DNA from: Lingula anatina | Lineage: Eukaryota; Animalia; Brachiopoda | Direction: 5' to 3' | Length of the DNA stretch: 64,000 nt | NCBI GenBank assembly: GCA_051362555.1 | Contig: CM120646.1 | Coordinates: 15,128,001-15,192,000, forward strand | In this document: positions 30,901 through 43,619 of the stretch, piece after piece | Position numbering within the stretch: the stretch's first letter is position 1 | Layout: the number at the start of each line of letters is the position of its first letter | Position numbers and translations under genes: made by a program | The notes under the pieces: model-generated | What the model saw: the letters and a program-made list of their open reading frames with translations, nothing else | What the model was told of the DNA's origin: nothing | Databases searched by the model: none

Positions 30901-32938
30901 ACGCAAGAAAATATGCATATTAAATAGACAGAGTGGATTTCCTTAGTATATATGTATCTTAGTTATAACGAAAACAGACTTACTGGTCCATATTGTGCGT
31001 TTGCTTGTATCACTCTTTAGTAGTTCCCCTTTATGGTCCGTTACACAGGTTGCGACTTTTACATCGTACTTTGTGGCAGGTAATAAGTTCATCATTATAT
31101 ATTTACATTCCGTTGTTGTTTCAGGGTTCATGGCGTTGATGCCAGCTTGTTCGCAAGACACTTCATAACTACACAATGCTTGAACCGGATCCCAACTAAT
31201 GGATACTGACGTTGTTTCAATGCCCATTCGATGAAATAGTACGGGTTTGGATGGCGCTGCCAAAGTAAAGTGTATAGTAAAAAGTTCAATACACTTAAAT
31301 AACTAGAAAAACTACTTATGTAATTATATAAAAATTACATTTAATTATAAATGTAAAAATTACAGTGGTGAATACAAAAAGTAATTTCGAATGCTGCATC
31401 ATGCGTTTATCGATATCGACGCGGCGCATTGGTGATGAAATTTGTAACCTTTAATTCTGTGAATGCAAACAAACATACCCGTTGTAAATTTCATTACACA
31501 TGGGTCACTTTTGTCATGATCCGTTACGACGAAAGCGTGCAGGTCATATGTAGTTCCAGGGGTGACGGTAAGTGGCGGTGATGGACTCTCTTTTGACGTC
31601 AACATTTTCAGATCTTTCTTACTGTCAGTTGGGAAATAGTCAAAGGACATGTGTTTGAATACTCCGCGTGGCCTTACCCAACACACCACATATGCACCTT
31701 CGTGAAAGTTTATGGTGATGAATTCGGCTTTTGGAACTTCTGGAACTGAAGGCAAATAGTGTTAATTCGTACTATCGTATTATATATTCGTACTATCTTT
31801 ATGGAAAAACCTTCAAGATACAAATTTCCTTGAACACTTCCTTAAATGCATTCATGTTTAACCAAAGAATACCACAGCTAACTTTGAAACTTATTTTTTT
31901 TACCGCCAATCACTATCAGATGAAATGCATTCAACACCTATAATCAAGCTTGTTAAAAGCGCAAACATTTAACAGAATGTTATCTGTTATGAACCTGTGC
32001 TTGTTTGGCATTCCATGTAGCTGCTCTTCATGCCTGCTTGTGATGTGGTGAAGACCAGACAATGGTACATCATGCCGGGGGTCAAATTTTCTACTTTGTA
32101 CCTGGTGATGTTTGGTTTTAGTTTATGGGAAGTCTCATTGCCATATGTGTCGCTGATGATCAGTGTATATCCTTCAATATCGCCTCTACTTGCCTCCCAT
32201 TCTAATGTCAATGTTGTTGTTTCACTTAGATCTTTTAAACAAGAGAAGTGCAATGGTGGCTCTGGGTCTATACAACGAAAAAAAGGTCATTAGACCAGGT
32301 GCTAAATTGACGACATAACTATTCCTATATATATGGCACAGGCCCAGCCCCAATCTAGGCATATTCTAAATCCACTAATCACAATAGGGCATAATGCATT
32401 AATTGTTAAAAACAGCACAACGTCATATATTAACTAATTTACAGGTAAGAAGACGGTTACCGGCAGTTTGGAGTTTCACATGTAAGTGCAGGCCTGATTG
32501 CCGTATAACTTGATCAAAAAAGCAGATGAAATGAAATATTCCATTTAAACTATTAGCAAATTCAATGCTGCTTTGTATCTACATGTAGCCCACTGCAAAG
32601 GACAGGAACACAAACTTGCCTGTATCTGTAAATTAGTCTCTAACCTGTAAATTAATTACATGCACCTGACTTAGTAAATTCTGCTTTTAAAAATGCAAAT
32701 TATGCTCAATTGCATATATGAATCTGTCTGAATAGCGACTGGTGACCTTGTTATATTATATGATTAATTTCCCATATTAAAAAAATTGTATCTACTTACA
32801 AGACTACTGGTAACCGTTTTTTTACCTATAAATTAGTTAATGTATGAAGTTGTGCTGCTTTTAACAATTAATGCATTATGCCATATTGGGGTTAGTGGAT
32901 TTAGAATATGCCTGGATTGGGGCTGGGCTTGTGACATA

Positions 32939-32969
<31 letters not shown>

Positions 32970-35900
32970 TATAATACTAATTTTATAAATTACAGTACAA
33001 ACCTGTAAAACAATCGAAGTTCGCGTGTTCACTCTCTATTTTCCCTTTGGACAGGGTACGGATCCAACCGGTGTAATGGGTGCTCGGTTGCAGATCGTTT
33101 AATACATATGTATTCCCTGCACTAAGCTGTTTATTTGTTCCAGTGTCAGTACCATCCTTCTTGCAAAAGATCTGGTATCTTTCAAACTTCCCTTGAGGAA
33201 GGTCCCACCACAATGTTATCGTGTTCTTGGTGACAGTATACCAAGGGCTCGGCAGTGAGGGTGGCGCAGGAGCTTAAATTGTGTAAATAGTTAACCACAA
33301 GAACAAGAAGTAACGTTTCCCATAATGTATTTGGATAACACATATACTCCACGCTTAAAGGATCTTCCGACTGTGTTCAGATCGAATGTTTTAACATATA
33401 AAAGACTGGCATATCTATATCATAAAGTGTCAGAACATACAAGGCGATGTTTGGTTGTATAATTAAGCAATTAAACCCCCATTTTACTATGACAAGAGAC
33501 TAAAGCATTAGATTTTAATGTTTGTTTGGCTTTAATTGTAATTGCTTCAATAAAAAAAGCTCAAATATACAAAAGACACAGTATACAATTGTAGTCTAAT
33601 AGAGTATTTCGTGGTGATTCAAATTTCTGTTTGTAAACTTACCTTTTTGTAGATGGATATAACATGGTTCACTTTTTTTTTCAAAACTGCAAGATCGAAT
33701 TTCAATTGTGTAGTCAGTGCCAGGGACAATTTTATTGATCACCACATCTGGTTTGGGTGATTTTATGCTTTGTTGGTATGATTCTTGATCTTCTTGCTTG
33801 ACCGCAATGTTGTACCCGTCAACTCTACCAGATGGTTGATCCCATTTGAGGGTAAAAGTCTCTATTCCTTCTGTCACGTGGACTTTGCCTTTACTAACCA
33901 TGTCAGGGACTGGGGAAAAAACAATGAGCGGTTATACAATCATATTTATACATATAACAGTTATAACATATAACCGTTAGCTTTATCATGTAAAATTATT
34001 TAGATAACACTTGATAGAATCATTGTTACTCCGTAAAAGGGGTAAAGTTGGTTCTAAAATTTAACTTTTCTTTTAACTATACTTTAATATATTTTCAACG
34101 TATGCACGCACCTGTAACAAAAGTTGCCGTCCGTCCTTGGCTTGCTAAACCGTTCACCAGCGTAGCGATTTCTACAAAAAATTTTTCTCCCGGTTCCAAT
34201 TTGTCCAGAGCAAACACACACTTGTCTGTGTATTCATCGATTTTATCCTGTTTTTTGTATTTCCAGTGAGAAACCCTAAAACTTTCCCAATTCCCGGGTG
34301 GGGGTTCCCAAGAAAGAGCTGCAGGTATTTCCTGTGTTTGTACCTCGATTTCACCGACCTCTTCTGGATCTGTAAGGTGACACAAAATATTATAAAATTA
34401 CACTGGTTTTCGTCTGTAAAAGTAAATTGATAACTTATAACCAAAAATTTACAACGGGATACATACATGTATTGTGATTATAGTAAGTTAAGATATAAAT
34501 ACAGGAAACACAAACATCTAATGGATATTGTAACCCTTATTTATCATCTAAATACCGAAACTAACTATGCATCTAACTATTCAATAATAATCTGTGCGGA
34601 TTTAATGAAAAACAATTACAAATATAAATATCGGCGTTTATATTTTTTCGATGCAATGTATAAGCATAGGAGTCTCAAAGCTTTAATCATCAATTTAACA
34701 CCGTTCTACTCTGAGGTGAGATAGCAATCGGTATGAGGCGTAACTTCATCTCTGAACAAAATTTCTTCACGAAAATTGGTATTGTGGACTGCAAGTGTAT
34801 GAGCTATAATCCCGTGCCAGCGTTTTTGATAATTGCTTTTGTCTTGGAGTTGTAACCCTCTAAAAACAGATTTTGATGGAACAAAGGTATTATTTTGCTT
34901 AATTAATCAACGATATCAACAATCTTAACTAGACTTTTAAGAAAAATTGCTGGGAGGGTTTAGTAGTGCTAACTGGTGTCTTTGAATCGGCGTTAAAACG
35001 GTGATCGTGGGTGCTCGGGTAAAAGGGAAATTCGAGAAACCGATTCTACAGTTTTTACCAAATAAAATTGCAATTATGACGTCACCCGTCACTACACTCT
35101 GGAGTGCATTTCGCTGGTTCTGAAATAAGGATACAAATAACATTATGGTCTTTGTTTTAGAATTATTACTACCATGGCTCTGATGTAAAACTGCTTTTGG
35201 GGAAGAGTCTAGAGTATTTACTGGGAAATGTCTTCGGTGAGAAAATTGAGATTTCCCCAACCATATTCAATGCAGATACATAAATGTATATCATTACACA
35301 TTCACACGACACTAGGAGACACCAAGGGGCTCATGATTTAAAACCCACAGCAATATAATGGTTACATATGGCACAACTCCTTTATTATGTTAAAGTCATA
35401 ACAGTTTAATTAATCTTATTATCAGGTAGGTGATTTCAAAGTCATATTTGACCTGATCAAATATGCTTTTATTGCATTAACAAAAATAAATAAATATGTA
35501 TCAAAGCCCGTTTCATCAAAATGATTAAAATAATTTTTTCTCAGAATATATCTTCTGAAGAACCTGTAAAACGAGAAACCATACGTTTTGGGAATTATAG
35601 ACCAATATCATATTCACCATAAATAATTGACATATAGACATATAGAGCTAAATGCATCATATCTATGACCATAATTATTGCAAATGACCCATCGTAACAG
35701 CTGACAAAATATGCTTTTCAAACACATAATTGGCTATATTTTTGTAAATTGAAGTCCAATTGCCATAATTTTTTTTTTTAGAAAATATGAATCAACACGA
35801 AGTCCCCATGTCACTCTCACCGACCTCAGAAATGTTCACGTCAACTGCGATGTCTGGCTATTTGATAAGATATTTTGATAACTGAATTAGAACATTTAAA

Positions 35901-38900
35901 TTAAAAGCGCATTTTGTAGCTGAAGCTAGAGCGATTAAGATCAAACACCATCACATTGCTTGTAACATGGATTAACCTGTAATTTGTATAAACATTTCAA
36001 TTCTCACAGTATTAAATATAAGGCACCCCTTAAAATAAAACATTTACACTTTAATTGATCTGACGAATGGAAATTATTCACCTGTAACTTTGTACATGGT
36101 TTCTTTCTCACTATGAATCCCATTACTTTTTGCTTGCACTGATAAAGTGTACTTGGTGCCCGGCTGTAGGTAATTAATGGTATATGTGCACGTGTCGCAT
36201 GGAACCTCTTTGAGACCGGTGTCACCGCTGCCATCACTCCAAGAGACCAGATACGTCTGCACTTGTCCCAACGGTTTCGCCCATGTGACATCTATACTGG
36301 TACAGGTGGAATCAGCCGCCATTTCTGTAGGTTTTGCGGGGTCTGGAGAGAATAATGAGAAACACGCTGTGCATAGGCAGTAACAAAAATGTTTGGGAAA
36401 TTTAGAAAATCAAAGAATGGATGATAGAATATGCGTGTATGTATGTTCTTTTCTGGTACATTAGCCTTAAAGTGGCACTTAATTTGGTGCAAGATAGACT
36501 TACGTGTGTATATGTCTGCCTGGACCTGTTTCCCCTGTATATAATTTGATTCGGCACTTTCCTGTATCCCGACGGCTGGTGGGTATTCACAAAACTAATA
36601 AAAAAGAAAATGTTAATTTTATACCATAGGTACATCGATAAAGTACTGTAAATTGGTCAACTGTACAATGTATCATTTGTTTTCATGACTCTTTTCAACC
36701 CTGAAATGTTTTTTTCATTTCTTCCTTGAGGAGCATACAGCAAAAGAAGCAATACGTTTGGGACTATCAGCCACAATTACCAGCATTCTACAAGAAGAGC
36801 CACTGGTTCTATAAATGTAGTTTGCCGTTGCATAAAATACGGCATATAAAAATATTTATGATTCGTCTATTGTTATCATTTTGCGCATGGCAATGTCATT
36901 TTTTTACATATGTTATTTGCCAGGAAATATTGCTGGCATTTCTTTATTTAATACATACCTTGTTATCAGTGCAACAATCCGCTGTAACAATTACAGTGTA
37001 CTTGGTGCCTGGTGTGAGACCGTATAAGATACAACTTTCTTTGTGAGAGGGTACTTGTCGGAATGCTTCATCCTGGCTTCCTCTGTAGAACACAGTATAC
37101 CTATCAACGTTGCCCTTTGGCTTAACCCACCGTATTGGGATGCTTGTCGTAGCATCCAATTTTGCCAGTCTTTCTTTTTGCAGTTCCACTTTCTTCACCT
37201 TACCAGGGTCTGAAATATAAATGTAAGATTAATTTTTGATGCACGTGCGGGTGTGAAACATTTACATGTACCGGACTACTAAAACGCATCGGCAAAATAT
37301 GCAAATGCTATAATTTCAAAATATCACAGGCAGCAAGATCATCCAAGTGTTATGCAAGATAAAATTTTGTTAACTCAAATATGGCACTGGCCTAAACTAA
37401 AGAATAGTGTATTGTACTGACACGTTTGAATCAGAATATAATTGCAAACAATTCCTCGCAATTGGAAATTGTGTTCACCAAAACATTACACTATTGAATT
37501 CATCCACTCACTTGTAAGAACAGTTATTTCAATAAAATTACTTTCGGTGTGAGAAGCATCCGTGTTTATTGGTCTTTCCTCAGTTTCCATTTTACTGTTT
37601 CAATTTTCTATCTTGATAATTGGTGACAGTTTTCAATTCCTCGTGATTGGTGATTGACATGAATATATCTTCGTGATTGTTGATTGACCTGTTTTCATTC
37701 TTCGTGATTGTTGATAGAGGGGGGGGGGGGGGTAGGCCTATTCCCTACCTTCTTTTTTGGACTCCATTGTACAGTGGTAAAAGTTCTTCAATTGCTATGA
37801 AAATTTTTAATCATACTCTGTATGGTGCTGTTATCTGCTGGTGCTATCGGCAACTAATTAGTTTGCCTTTGTTTCTGAGTGAATCAACGTCTAAAATCAC
37901 TATTTCTGAAAATATTTGCGTTTTGCTAAGGGTGGGCTAGGCAATGCACAGCACACTTCTTAGTACGTGTGTACAACAGAATTTAAAAAAAAACCCTAGC
38001 GATATTTGGTCAGGAGTTGCTTGAAGCATAGCACAGCGTTGCTGTCTATCGGCATCAGGCCGTTAGTTTGTCAATTATCGCGAATTACCCACGAATCGCG
38101 AACCCATTCATTTTCCTATGGCAATCTAGCAACTCATTAAAATGCACGCATGCGCAGTGGGCTAGACGTGACGTCATGCAGTGCATTTCTGGGGATGAGT
38201 CACATCTGCACTTCAGCATGAATCTGAAAGCCAGAGATTTGGGGAGTGGTTACCACACCCTACAACTGCTAATAGCGGTCAATAATACAAACAATTCATT
38301 TAATTCAATGTTTTAGCAAAGAAGGACGACACACCACCTCTTTATGCGTAAATAACACGAGTAATATGAAATACATCACATATATAACTATATAATCTGA
38401 TTACAGGACAGGCGTTTGATGAACATCTACCTATACCTACAGTCGCGTTAACCTACATTCGTTATTATTTTAATCATTAAAATTATGAAACATATGTTCC
38501 AACGGGTATAAAATGTGTAAATTTTATACAATGAGCATTCCGCTCCGCTATTTCTGAGAAGAACGAGATTCTACATTAAAACCTAACCCACCCATGGAGT
38601 GTCCCTGGTAGAAGGTCTTTCACTTGGGTATCAGTCTCTTTGCCTGTTATAACATCAGGAATTGCACGCGATATCGTGGTGGTTTTCGAATGAGTCCCAC
38701 TCTTGTTAGCGTGGGGGGAGTAAATTCTGCATTGCAAAACGAATGAGGTCACATTTCCCTTGCCCACCATACCGGTTAATGTTAGCCCCCTGTCATATCT
38801 TGCAAATCTACCAGATGACTTTTTCAGAACAAATAAACTGGGCTCAGGTGGCTCTGAAGATGACATTTAAAAATACATAAATCGATGATACCTAGAATGA

Positions 38901-41900
38901 ATTGTATATCTAAAGGAATGAGTTATCTAATCGTTCCATAAACCTGGTTAAATTCGGGATGCAAATCAGTACCCCAAAGGAAAGGGCGTTCCCCACAAAG
39001 TGCATGCATTCGCATTTGGTATGTATGGGATAGCAAACAAACCTCAAATCTTGAACATAACAACGAATTATTATCGTAATTATGTCCAAGCTCAAATGTA
39101 CATTTTATGCACGTAACTCCATTTATATATCTTGCAATAAGGTGTATTCGCATAGAATCTTCTTGATACTGTATGTGGTGTCTACGAAAGAAAAAATAAA
39201 AATATGAAACAAATGCCTTATACTAACATGTAGCTATGACTATTTTTGACGGCTGGCTTGTTCTGATAACCCCTTCCTCTTTTTCCAACACAGTAAAGAT
39301 TCGGACTTGATACACAGAACCGCACTCTAAATGTCGCAAACACACTGTTCTCTCTTTCTCTTTGCCGACGTCTGCCTTCACAACGTGCCCTGATTTATCA
39401 AACACAAAATTCCCATCGGTTCTCTTCTCTACCGTTATTCTAAACCCCGAGTATTCCCCCTTGAGCGGCCCATTCCACTCCAAGTTTACAGTGACCGTAT
39501 CATCATCCTCAATGGTTTCATGATGGATTCGTATTTCATCTGGACTAAACACCACACCTAAAATTAGAAAAGAATTTTGCATGTTAACTGAAAATGAGGA
39601 GCGTTAAACCCCTTGTTGTATAGGCTGTGGATAAATACATGTACATGTATGTATGTATTTATGTATGTGCCGGCATTGGGGTATGTACAACGTGTCGTGT
39701 CATTTTGTTTGTTACCAGCAGTGCGGTACTTCTCGTAATTCTATGATCTTGTGTGATTTCCTTGACTGCTTTCTTTATTTATTTAAAGTATGTCTAGAAT
39801 CCACCAGAGGCATAGTATTTAGTGCCTAACATGCTGACAAACCTTCCAGCATTTCTTTTAATGGACGGGACATCATCCGTGTAAAGTGCTCCACTTCCTC
39901 GGACTTGTTTCTCTCCCAAAGGCGCACCATGAACGCAGCGTCTCTGTGAAATTTGTCGACCTCCTAAACCATGACCGAAATAGGAATGTCAATATATAAT
40001 AAAACCGTACAGGTAAAGATTTTTACCAAAATAGTAATAAGTATAAATTTCTTATTTCACTGAAGTATTTGACGCAAAGATTAAAGGGATAATAACTCTT
40101 CGTATGAAATCTATATTTCACAATAAAAACATTGTGAATAACTCATAGAAATATAATATATTCTGTTTTACGACGAAAACAGCAGTTATAGCTATTATTC
40201 TGATATCTGAACTTGTCTTCGGATCACGTGACCACCATTGATGGCTATACTCTGTCATAATCTCTTAAGAGATTTTAACAAAAAAAAAACAAACTTTTTA
40301 GAAAAAAACCAGGGGCTAACTTTGAATGTAAAAACGGATTCATTAACCATTGGTAAGTATCGGAAAATTGTTGTTTACTCCAGGAAAATTCATTTTTTGG
40401 CCAAAACGAAGAGTTATTATCCCTTTTATATTGCTTTTAAAACCAAAGAATGACCTTTCTTAATCAACATTTACACTGCATCAATAAAACTATTTTACGT
40501 ACTTTTTTCTTTGGATAATTTTATAATAACGATCGGTGCTCACCTTTGGCACATGTCTTTGTTCAGCAAGAAGACAATCGCTTTCTAAATTAACCTACAA
40601 AGTTATATTAAGTGAAGCATTATTTTTATATTGATATTGATTCACACAATATCTTGAAGTGAATAGCAATACAGCAACAAATATTATACATTTTTACACC
40701 TATCGATGTCCTCTAATTCTAAGTATCTGAGTATAGTTTGCCTTTTTCGAAAGGATAAAGTGGTATTAGTGATGTTAGGGGGCCACTGTCCCGCTCCCCA
40801 TGTATCCACCAAATAGGTACGACCTCTCCCTCCAAACCAACCCCTTATCTAAAGATAATTACCTTTCTTAGGGCATTATTGATAAGTTTTGTGGTATCAT
40901 ATTTGAGTCGAAGCATCACCGTCCCGTCAACGATTTAAAAAATGAGACCTTATAACTGAGTCATTGCGGTAGTTGTATCTTTTATCGCATTAAAATAAGG
41001 AATTACGTCGTGTGCAGGTCAAGCGAATAATAAAGCTAAGCCATTATACCTGTTTAGGACCCTCAACAATTTTCTAACATCAACTATTCAAAATAACACA
41101 TTTTATATGTAAATTCTACACAAAAGTAGTCAGCTACACACACTGGACAAAAGAAGTGTCACCCCCTAACTCAGAGTAATAAAAGTAGGCAGATCTTGGG
41201 TACTTATAATGCCTGGTCTACTTATAATGTGACTAATGAGTATAAAACCGCTATACCATGGCATTGTATTGTTTGTCTTGTACATGTACAGCAAATGTTA
41301 TTCCTGTCTTCCTCCAATATGGCAAGATACAAGCAATTATTTAACAGTTATAGGTGCAAGTTATTAACCTGAAGAGGCGGAATATAAGCAATGTCAGAAT
41401 ATCGATACAATTGAATTGTTCAGTCAGAACCGTGCAGAGGGTCTGGTCTTGGTATAGAAACACTGGATCAAGAGACAAATTGCCTCTGATGGGTCGTCCA
41501 AGAAAAAATACTATCCGTGAAGACCGACGACTGATTTTGATGTCCAGGTTGTCAAAGTTCGACACTGCTTGTCAGTTGACAACACAGTGGAACAATTTCA
41601 CACATAAGAATGTGTCTGTGAAAATTGCTAGGCGTCGGTTACATGCTCAGAGAGTGTACAGCAGGTTAGCAAGTCTGAAACCTCCTATATCGTTACAAAA
41701 CAGGCAACTTGAGTGAACTAGGGTCAACAGGATCTGGAACTAGACAGTTCATGACAATTGGTCCCATATATTTTTTCTGATGAGTGTCGCTTTGGTCTGA
41801 CCTCTGATGACAGACGGGTACTATGCTGGCAAACTGCTGGTAAAGCATTTGACTCACATGCACTGAATTTTCGAACCCGGAGCAGCATATTCATCATGGT

Positions 41901-43547
41901 GTGGGGCTGCATCAGCATCCATGGCTTGGGCGAATTGATAGTGGTTAATGGAAACATGAATCACTAGAAATATATCGATGTTTTGGAGTCAGGCTTGCTA
42001 CCATCTATTACTAACATGTTTGGTGACAGGAATTATCCATTTGTTCACCAGGATGACAATGCTCCTTGTCACAGGCCCAGAGCAGTTGATGATTGGTTTG
42101 ACCAACAGGACATTCGCAGGGTGGTGTGGCCTGCCCAGAGTCCGGATGCAAACATAATAGAAAATTTGTGGAATGATATGCCAAAACTTTTTACAAATGT
42201 CCGTCTATCCAGTAGAGAAACTCTGTTATATTCAGTGTTTCATGCTTGGGCCAGCATAAGCCCTGAACGCATCAGACAATTATATGAATCCTTGCTTCGT
42301 AGACTGGCACCTATTATTAGGTCAAGTGGCTATGCCACTAAGTACTAATTTTGGACTTGAAACTGCATATTTTGGTAGAATGTATATTTTGTTCTCATTT
42401 TGTGATTTTTTTGTGAAATTTGATGTTAATAAAATGATACCAGGAGCATATCATTCCACAGTCATTTATCTCCCCCATAGTATTGGGTCAGTAGGGGTGA
42501 CACTTCTTTTGTCCAGTGTGTGTATGTCAGACCTAAATATGAGACTTAATCAATAAAAAAAATAATAACTGTCTCGTATAGTAAATCTAGCTCGTGTTTG
42601 GATGAATGCACTTCTGCAATGCCACCGTCTTTATTCCCTGAGGAATAATATTATATTATATTAAGAAAAGGACGAAAACATGTCAGTAGTCTTTATACTG
42701 TTATGAAACTGTAATAATCACTACCGTACGTGCTTCAATCATCCCTTCTAAACAAATTTTACATCAAAATCACTTTGCGTCACTGATTATTAAATTTTAG
42801 CAGTCTAACAACATAGCCAAACACCAAACGGTTTTTTGTGCAACAAATCCCAAACTTATGCTTTTGTAGTGGTCTAAAAATTGTTGGACCAATCCTGTCT
42901 GAGGCTTTGGAGTAGGTCAAACTCACCTCCCCTTCACCGTCCGGCGGACGTCGTGGCACTGGGTCATTGTTACCTCCCTGTCATTGTAAAGAAAGCATTT
43001 ACATAAAATATAATAAATGTTCACACTGTCACTGGTCATTAATTATCGAATATTTTAAACGAAGTATGTTTCCCAAACATGACATCATATTGCAGTCAAA
43101 GATTCATTGTTATGTATCTGTCAATAGTTCCATATCTTTAAAAATCCTAAAACTAGTCCAAACTAGTAATTTGTACCAGTATACTATTTATTTATATACA
43201 TACTGGAAACAGCTAAAATCTGATGCAGGCCAGCTATCTATTGGAATTACAACGTTTTTCCTGATTTGCCCTTTCGGGATTGATTACTAGAAATGACAGA
43301 CTTCTTACATTCCTTAAAAGTCTCTCATTCACCAGAATAATGCATGAATTATTCATTACACATGTTTCTTACCTCAAATGCGGCGTCATGCCACCCTTCT
43401 ATATCTAAAAAAACCTATAAAGCATAATAAATAGATTGGCAATTTGAAAAATTTTATACGTTAACCATTCAATGAAAAAATCATGAATCATGATTTTATT
43501 AGTTAAAAACAACTTAATGATTTTCTGAATAGTGGGGTATCCCTTTG

Positions 43548-43619
<72 letters not shown>

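Noticed and set aside
38900-39181. Extra exon between FN3-1 and FN3-2 that could rescue the frame
   Set aside because: The acceptor at 39182 would need a 46-nt intron and reads into a stop after ~19 codons. No FN3 pattern.
12851-39557. FN3 array as a stand-alone receptor tyrosine phosphatase, tenascin or usherin gene
   Set aside because: I found no signal-peptide exon upstream and no TM or PTP exons between 12.8 kb and RNF32. The exon just upstream is an LRRC8-type linker. Not fully excluded without transcripts.
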